From positions 2,272,001 to 2,336,000 of the forward strand of contig CAVVPN010000011.1 in NCBI GenBank assembly GCA_963750165.1: DNA of 64,000 nt. The letters run 5' to 3'. The first letter of the stretch is position 1. The number at the start of each line of letters is the position of its first letter. Source of the stretch: an uncultured Gemmataceae bacterium (GTDB lineage Bacteria > Planctomycetota > Planctomycetia > Gemmatales > Gemmataceae). This document shows positions 59,701-64,000 of the stretch, in pieces. Both the position numbers and the translations under genes were made by a program. The notes beneath the pieces were generated by a model. That model worked only from the letters and a program-made list of their open reading frames with translations, was not told where the DNA came from and ran no database searches.

Positions 59701-59900
59701 TCCTTGTTGATGAGTTCGTGCGCGTCCCGACTGCCGCCGCGGTGATGGCCGAACAGCGCGAACGTGATGGCGTCAAAAATGGTTGATTTGCCGCTGCCGT
59801 TCAGGCCGGCCAGCAGCCACAGCGATGCGCCGTCGAAGCAGATTTCCTGCTCGTCCTTGTAGCACAGGAAGCCCTTCAACTGCACCCGTTGCGGGATCAT
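56769..59900 (-). CDS. sbcC: SbcC/Rad50 SMC ATPase
   Basis: GLNGSGKST, zinc hook CRHC, LSGSQ, IIDEGFGCLD, VSH. Confidence 0.93.
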   Translation of the reverse strand: MIPQRVQLKGFLCYKDEQEICFDGASLWLLAGLNGSGKSTIFDAITFALFGHHRGGSRDAHELINKDSDKASITFEFTIDGKPFQIARTIQRTKQGKGRGAQQIARGLAVGGWEPVEGTNLMTGFDEWISQHIGLSYETFTSSVLLLQGRAEKLLDSTAKGRFEVLAGIVDLERFRKLHERADEERKTLDDRLKEMRGQLNSLPAVSAIDLLEAEGDIAAAETAKQQAQEQVERWQQLEYQAKQWAELQARLEAARKRWQEAQRLLADAVAIKRDVDRLAELRLVLPKMQVVLEQRGYVQESERKTAELTKRKEKLDGDLVTHDQALEQARQKRTLYQKQIADEEQQLRQVTADLRKVAALIVKLKESEQQENDLKRVREELAQVGADPEAAVRQAREQHDQLATQASALPLLGRLHTLRDELRQGRERAGKSSADMQTIFARGKQVGLEVERFKGLLEEATQTRQQADETATTARTLRDQAKGHLDELLKLGGAKVCRHCGQELTPNHLQDEKKRRTKALSEAEEQLAAATTTQKAKKAQESQLRKQYEEATQHLREAREEYRERKAQADQAVKDVERLERECGVTYHDLTEPFRNQVSPTPPEDWCATAFPQESDLEKLRRQTRELDGVKKTLRDAEDRLQKWTQAKAREATVQQNLARVLAELPRDREPLRRDHARLETDEQTLDKTLRARRREADEVQQQLDRLAQQREKTQRLLGDVTNGLHSEEATRKQCQHTLERTLRELSEAWRPKAERAGMTELNLLKQEVDDLTRKQTDERARKLSQAQGGLDLLKQDQDNLEQEQEQFAEEARQPVAEMQVRLKAAQQTRTACEQQLVAKQHRKEELERQHQKRQELEEKNRQVDQEFTESKLLAELLGRDRLQLHLVRQAERQVVDFANAVLDRLSGGQLRLRLAGEAGGEGNTAKALELEVHNRVTGEKPINVAFLSGSQKFRVAVSLALGIGQYASKQHRPIESVIIDEGFGCLDRHGRQVMIEELKNLRNQMRCILLVSHQEEFVDAFSDGYRFELNNGSTVAKRFQR

Positions 59901-61138
59901 GACGCCTCCCTCGACAGCAGCGCCTCCGCCCGCGCCAGCACCGCGTTGCGCATTGGCTCGGGATGGTTCAGCAGTTCCTGGCGCAGGTAGTCGCGCACCG
60001 TCTCCTGCCAGCTTTTACCGCGATGGGCCTCCTCGGCGGTCACGCTCGGCCCCAGGGCGCTGGCCTCGGTCCAGGTGCGGGCGTACCAGCGCGGGAACAG
60101 GTCTTCCAGCGCCGCCAGGATTTTTTCCAGGCTGTGCTGCCCTGCAACGTAGCGGAAGTTGATCGAAACCAGGTCCTGTTGCGCGTCCGGGTAGCGCTCG
60201 CGCAGCCGATACAGTTCGGTCTCCAGGTCGCTGTTCAGGAAGTCCAGGTCGATGGCGTAAACGGGCGTCGCCGGCAGCGGCAGCAGCAGCGGCTCGCCGA
60301 CCAGGCCGGCGGGGCCGACTTCAAGAATGGTAACACTCTTGTTGTCGCGCTGCTCGCCGAGGTCGAGCTTCTCAACGCTGCCGGAGTAGCGGACGTGACT
60401 GCGGCCGCCGATGGCCTGCGGCTGGTGGATGTGGCCCAGTGCCACATAGGCGACATTGGTGGGCAGGTCGGTGTCGGTGAAGACGATGCTCTCCTGATCG
60501 CTCATGCGGAAAGCGTTCGGCAGCAGCGCCCCGGTGACGTGGATGTGCGCCGCCAGTACCGTCGGCAGACTCGGGTCAAAGCGCGGATCCTTTTGCAGCT
60601 CGTGCGTCTTCTGCGTGTACGCGGCCTGCAGGCGCTGGTTCTTCTCCTCGACGCTGGCGAAACGCTGGCTCTCCTCATCGAGCAGGTAGCGCGGCGGCGT
60701 CGGGTAGGGCATGAGCTGGAACTGCACCTGGCCGCCGTGCCTGTCGGCGAGGCGGACGAAGGTCGGGTTGGTGGCGAGGTAGAGCCGGCCCGCGGGGATC
60801 AGGTCGCCGGGCTTGCTGAACGCGGGCGCCGCCAGCGTCATCACCAGCCGCAGCGTTTGACAGAAGTTTTCGTTATCGTGGTTGCCGGTCAGTGCCAGGA
60901 TGGTGCCGCCATCGAGCAGGAAGCGCTCGAAGGTCGCCTGCAGGTGCTCGATGGACTCGCGCAGGTTATCGGGCCGGCTCAACTCGCTGAACAGGTCGCC
61001 GGCGACCAGGAGCACGTCCACGGCGTGCTCGGCGCAGAGAACGGCAACACGCTCGACGGCGCGGCGCAGGTCGGCGGTGCGGTCGATCCGGCCCAGGCGG
61101 TCGCCCAGGTGCCAGTCGGCGGTGTGCAGGATTTTCAT
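59897..61138 (-). CDS. sbcD: SbcD/Mre11 nuclease
   Basis: MKILHTADWHLG, AGDLF, GNHD, ALGHIH, YSGS. Confidence 0.93.
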   Translation of the reverse strand: MKILHTADWHLGDRLGRIDRTADLRRAVERVAVLCAEHAVDVLLVAGDLFSELSRPDNLRESIEHLQATFERFLLDGGTILALTGNHDNENFCQTLRLVMTLAAPAFSKPGDLIPAGRLYLATNPTFVRLADRHGGQVQFQLMPYPTPPRYLLDEESQRFASVEEKNQRLQAAYTQKTHELQKDPRFDPSLPTVLAAHIHVTGALLPNAFRMSDQESIVFTDTDLPTNVAYVALGHIHQPQAIGGRSHVRYSGSVEKLDLGEQRDNKSVTILEVGPAGLVGEPLLLPLPATPVYAIDLDFLNSDLETELYRLRERYPDAQQDLVSINFRYVAGQHSLEKILAALEDLFPRWYARTWTEASALGPSVTAEEAHRGKSWQETVRDYLRQELLNHPEPMRNAVLARAEALLSREAS

Positions 61139-61211
61139 GAGTATTATTGTGGCAGCCCGGACTGGTTCCGTCGAGGTCAGCAGGCGGCGGCCGGGACTCG
61201 ACAGGATACCC

Positions 61212-61460
61212 CTAACTCGCCCGTTGGAGCTGTGACGCGAACTGGATTTCATCCACGATGTCATAAGACGACACGACGTGGCGCGCCACGTCGAAATGTG
61301 TGGCGCTGACGAGTTCTGTTGGCTTGCGGTCGGGGAGCGACACGACGGCGCCGGTCGCCGCGTGCGTGTACAGGCGGTGCTTCCCCTGTTCCACAAGGAC
61401 GCTGAAGCCGAGCGATCACAGGACGGCAGCCAACTGGCCGTAGGTTACATCCGCCTGAGT
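61212..61460 (-). pseudogene. HicA-like toxin remnant with in-frame TGA
   Basis: DVTYGQLAAVL*SLGF..GKHRLYTH..GAVVSLP in one frame; no clear start codon. Confidence 0.5.
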
Positions 61461-61736
61461 GCGCGGACAAGTGACCCGTTGTTCAACCGGTATGACCCGC
61501 GCCGGCAACGCCGTCTGGCACGGTCGGGCCTGGGCGGGCACTTTCAGGTGGCAACGCCGGGCGCTGGCCGGCACGGCCCGACGTGGGCGGGCGCCGTTTG
61601 GCCCATAGGGGTGCGTGAGAAACGTGAAATGAAACGGCAACCCCATCGCTGCCAGGAGGTTATTTCATCTCACCCCCGTGAAACGAAACCGCCCGCCCCG
61701 CGGGGGGGCGCAACGGGCGGTCGGTGCCTCCGTGTT

Positions 61737-62066
61737 TCAAAGAACAGATCCCTTGCTCCTGCCTTCGCGCACCACCCAGCGCCGCGCCATCTCCTGCGGC
61801 GCGCCGGCGCGCACCTCCACCACCTCGTCGCCGGCCTCGGCTCCGAAACCCTCCACCAGCGCGCGTTCCGGCTCCGCGCCGTCCGGCAAATCCTCGCGGA
61901 ACACGACGTACACGTCCGGCTGCGCCCCGGCCAGGGTGCCGATGGCCTCGGCCAGTTCCCCGCAGCCCAGGCGCGTCCAGTCCAGTCCGGGGAAGAGCGG
62001 CTTGAGCAATTCCGCGCAGCGCCGGGCCAGAAACGGCCGCGGCGGTAGCAGGTAAAACGTGGACAC
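61737..62066 (-). CDS. Hypothetical protein
   Basis: GTG start STFYLLPPR..VVFREDLP..GFGAEAGDEVVEV; genome-like codon usage. Confidence 0.6.
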   Translation of the reverse strand: MSTFYLLPPRPFLARRCAELLKPLFPGLDWTRLGCGELAEAIGTLAGAQPDVYVVFREDLPDGAEPERALVEGFGAEAGDEVVEVRAGAPQEMARRWVVREGRSKGSVL

Positions 62067-62240
62067 GGCGCGAACCCTCTGGTGGTCCCATTCGTCCCCC
62101 CTTAGAATCGGCCAGGGGCCGCCGTCCACTGCGGTTCGTCAGCCGCGCGGCGCGATGCCGTCCACCCACAGCGCCGCGGCCGCGGGCGCGACCGTCACCG
62201 CCGATACGACCCCGAGAACCCATCGAACGAGGACGCACGT

Positions 62241-62775
62241 ATGCGGCTCCGGCTGGACAAATTGTTGCAGAGTTTGCGCGACCGTCAGGAGAACATCCTG
62301 CGGGCCATCGACGCGGACCCGCTGCTGCTGAAGAAAGTGAGCGGCGACCTGGTCCTGGCCAACGCCAGCAAGGAGTTATTCACGCCGCAGCACGAGCACC
62401 AGTTGTTCGCCAAGGGCGTCGTCTACCGGCGGGCGCCGTATCGGCTGATGTCGTTGCCGCTGGTCAAGATTTACAACCTCGGCGAACGCCAGGTCAGCCT
62501 CGACGACTTGCACCAGCTGCTGGATGAAGGGCCGACGCAGCCGCGCTTCCTGCGCAAGCTGGACGGCACATTGGTGCAGGCGTTCCGCCACGACGAGCGC
62601 GTCCACTTCACAACGCGCGGCATGATCGAGGGGGCCGGCCGTGGCGGCGCAGGCGGCGCAGTTTCCGCACGCCGGGCTGATCTTTGCAGCGCTGGACCGA
62701 CGGCTGGACCTGGCGCGCATCCGAAAATACCTGCCGTCGCCGAAGGAAGTGGCAGCGGTCCTGCAAGCCTGCTGA
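62241..62775 (+). pseudogene. T4 Rnl1-like RNA ligase/nucleotidyltransferase, internally deleted
   Basis: PLVKIYNLGE, motif I RKLDGT, TTRG, then a jump at ~62635 into another frame giving a plausible C-terminus (AVAAQAAQFPHAGLIFAALD..LQAC*). Confidence 0.6.
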
Positions 62776-62785
62776 GCGGCGCCGC

Positions 62786-64000
62786 TCAGTCTGCCGCCGT
62801 CGCCCGCGTGACCGCGGCCACCAGTTCCCCCTCCTGGGCCGGGAAAACGGTGCGCACGTCCAGCACCAGCTTACCGCCGCGCAGTCGGGCCATCACCGCC
62901 GGGCTGCCCGTCCGCAGTCGATACGCCAGGGCCTCGTCGCTCAGCGCCGCCAGCCGGATTTCCACAACCCACGTCCTGAGCGTCCGATCCGGCAGCGAAC
63001 CGCCGCCGACGTAAGCGACATCCTCGGCCACCGTCACCGTCGCCATCCCCGGCAGCGGCCGCAGCTGTTCCGCCAGTGCCTCCGCCCGCCGCCGCAGTGC
63101 TTCCGGGTCGATGCCCAGCAACCACAGCACCGGCACCTCGCGCAGCGCCTGCGCCTCGTTGAGGTAGAGTCGCAGTGTCGCTTCCAGGGCGGCCAGCGTC
63201 ATCTTGTCGAGGCGGAAGGCCCGCATGAGCGGATCGCGTTCGATCTTCTGAATCCACTCCTTGCGGCCGACCAACAGTCCCGCCTGCGGCCCACCGAGCA
63301 GTTTGTCGCCGCTGAACAGCACCAGGTCCGCGCCCGCCGCGACGCTGTGCCGCACCACCGGCTCGCCCGGCAGTCCGAAGCGCGCGAAGTCCAGCAGCGC
63401 CCCGCTGCCCACGTCGTCGATCACCGGCACCTTGTGCTTGCGGCCCAGCGCCACCAGGTCCGCGACCGGCACCGACTTCGTGAAGCCGGTGATGCGGTAG
63501 TTGCTGGTGTGGACCGACAGCAGCGCCGCGGTGCTCGGTCCGATGGCGCGCTCGTAGTCTGCCAGGCGCGTGATGTTGGTGGTGCCGACCTCGCGCAGCG
63601 TCGCGCCGCTGACAGCCATGATTTCCGGGATACGAAAGCTGCCGCCGATCTCGATCAGCTGGCCGCGCGAGACGACCACCTCGCGGCCCTGGCACAGCGC
63701 CCGTAGCGCGATGACCGTGGCCGCCGCGTTGTTGTTGACAGCGGTCGCCGACTCAGCGCCGGTCAGGCGGCAGAGCCATTCGCGTACCGCCACCTGCCGC
63801 GACGAGCGCTTGCCGGTTTCCAGGTCGAGTTCCAGGTTGAGGTAGCCGTGCGCCGCCGCGAACGCCGCCTGGGCCGCCGCCTCGGCCATCGGGGCGCGGC
63901 CCAGGTTCGTGTGCAGGACGATGCCGGTCGCGTTGATGACTTCGCGCAACTTCGGCCGCACCGACTGCCGCAACCGCTCGACCGCTCGCCGCGCCAGCGC
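62786..64000 (-). CDS. selA: L-seryl-tRNA(Sec) selenium transferase, 5' end outside window
   Basis: VINATGIVLHTNLGRAP, VNNNAAA, SRGQLIEIGGSFRIP, EVGTTN, FSGDKLLGGPQAG. Confidence 0.96.
   Translation of the reverse strand, partial: ALARRAVERLRQSVRPKLREVINATGIVLHTNLGRAPMAEAAAQAAFAAAHGYLNLELDLETGKRSSRQVAVREWLCRLTGAESATAVNNNAAATVIALRALCQGREVVVSRGQLIEIGGSFRIPEIMAVSGATLREVGTTNITRLADYERAIGPSTAALLSVHTSNYRITGFTKSVPVADLVALGRKHKVPVIDDVGSGALLDFARFGLPGEPVVRHSVAAGADLVLFSGDKLLGGPQAGLLVGRKEWIQKIERDPLMRAFRLDKMTLAALEATLRLYLNEAQALREVPVLWLLGIDPEALRRRAEALAEQLRPLPGMATVTVAEDVAYVGGGSLPDRTLRTWVVEIRLAALSDEALAYRLRTGSPAVMARLRGGKLVLDVRTVFPAQEGELVAAVTRATAAD

Noticed and set aside
61416..61418. In-frame TGA as selenocysteine, given nearby selA
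   Set aside because: The position is not a plausible Cys/redox site in a HicA-like fold, no SECIS was identified, and a CGA>TGA change or sequencing error is simpler.

Overview
A high-GC bacterial window that looks like a Planctomycete (Gemmataceae-like), judging by its DUF1549/DUF1553, DUF1501, DUF4058, TIGR03067 and WD40 genes. Most of it is housekeeping or lineage-typical genes (cstA, bfd/bfr, tsaC-ywlE/rpiB, thyA-folA, comF, putA, csrA, apbE, sbcCD, selA), interspersed with several families of palindromic REP-like repeats. Many single frameshifts and a few abrupt junctions suggest an error-prone assembly. The highlight is a ~15 kb minus-strand locus (23701-38860) resembling the Mx162-type (type XIII) retron: BRCT/ARM protein, WD40-like/HEAT giant, SWIM/WGR protein, then a retron reverse transcriptase. 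No msr-msd lies next to the RT. Instead, ~12.8 kb upstream at the head of the operon is a tandem array of three complete retron ncRNA units (~360 bp period). They share a conserved scaffold with compensatory base changes, their own a1/a2 arms and a branching G, but each carries a completely different 29-30 bp msd stem presenting a different dyad/palindromic site. This suggests a natural multiplexed retron in which one RT makes three different msDNA baits. A RAYT transposase with REPs (three inside its own reading frame) sits within the operon, and a probable 6S RNA lies just downstream of the RT.
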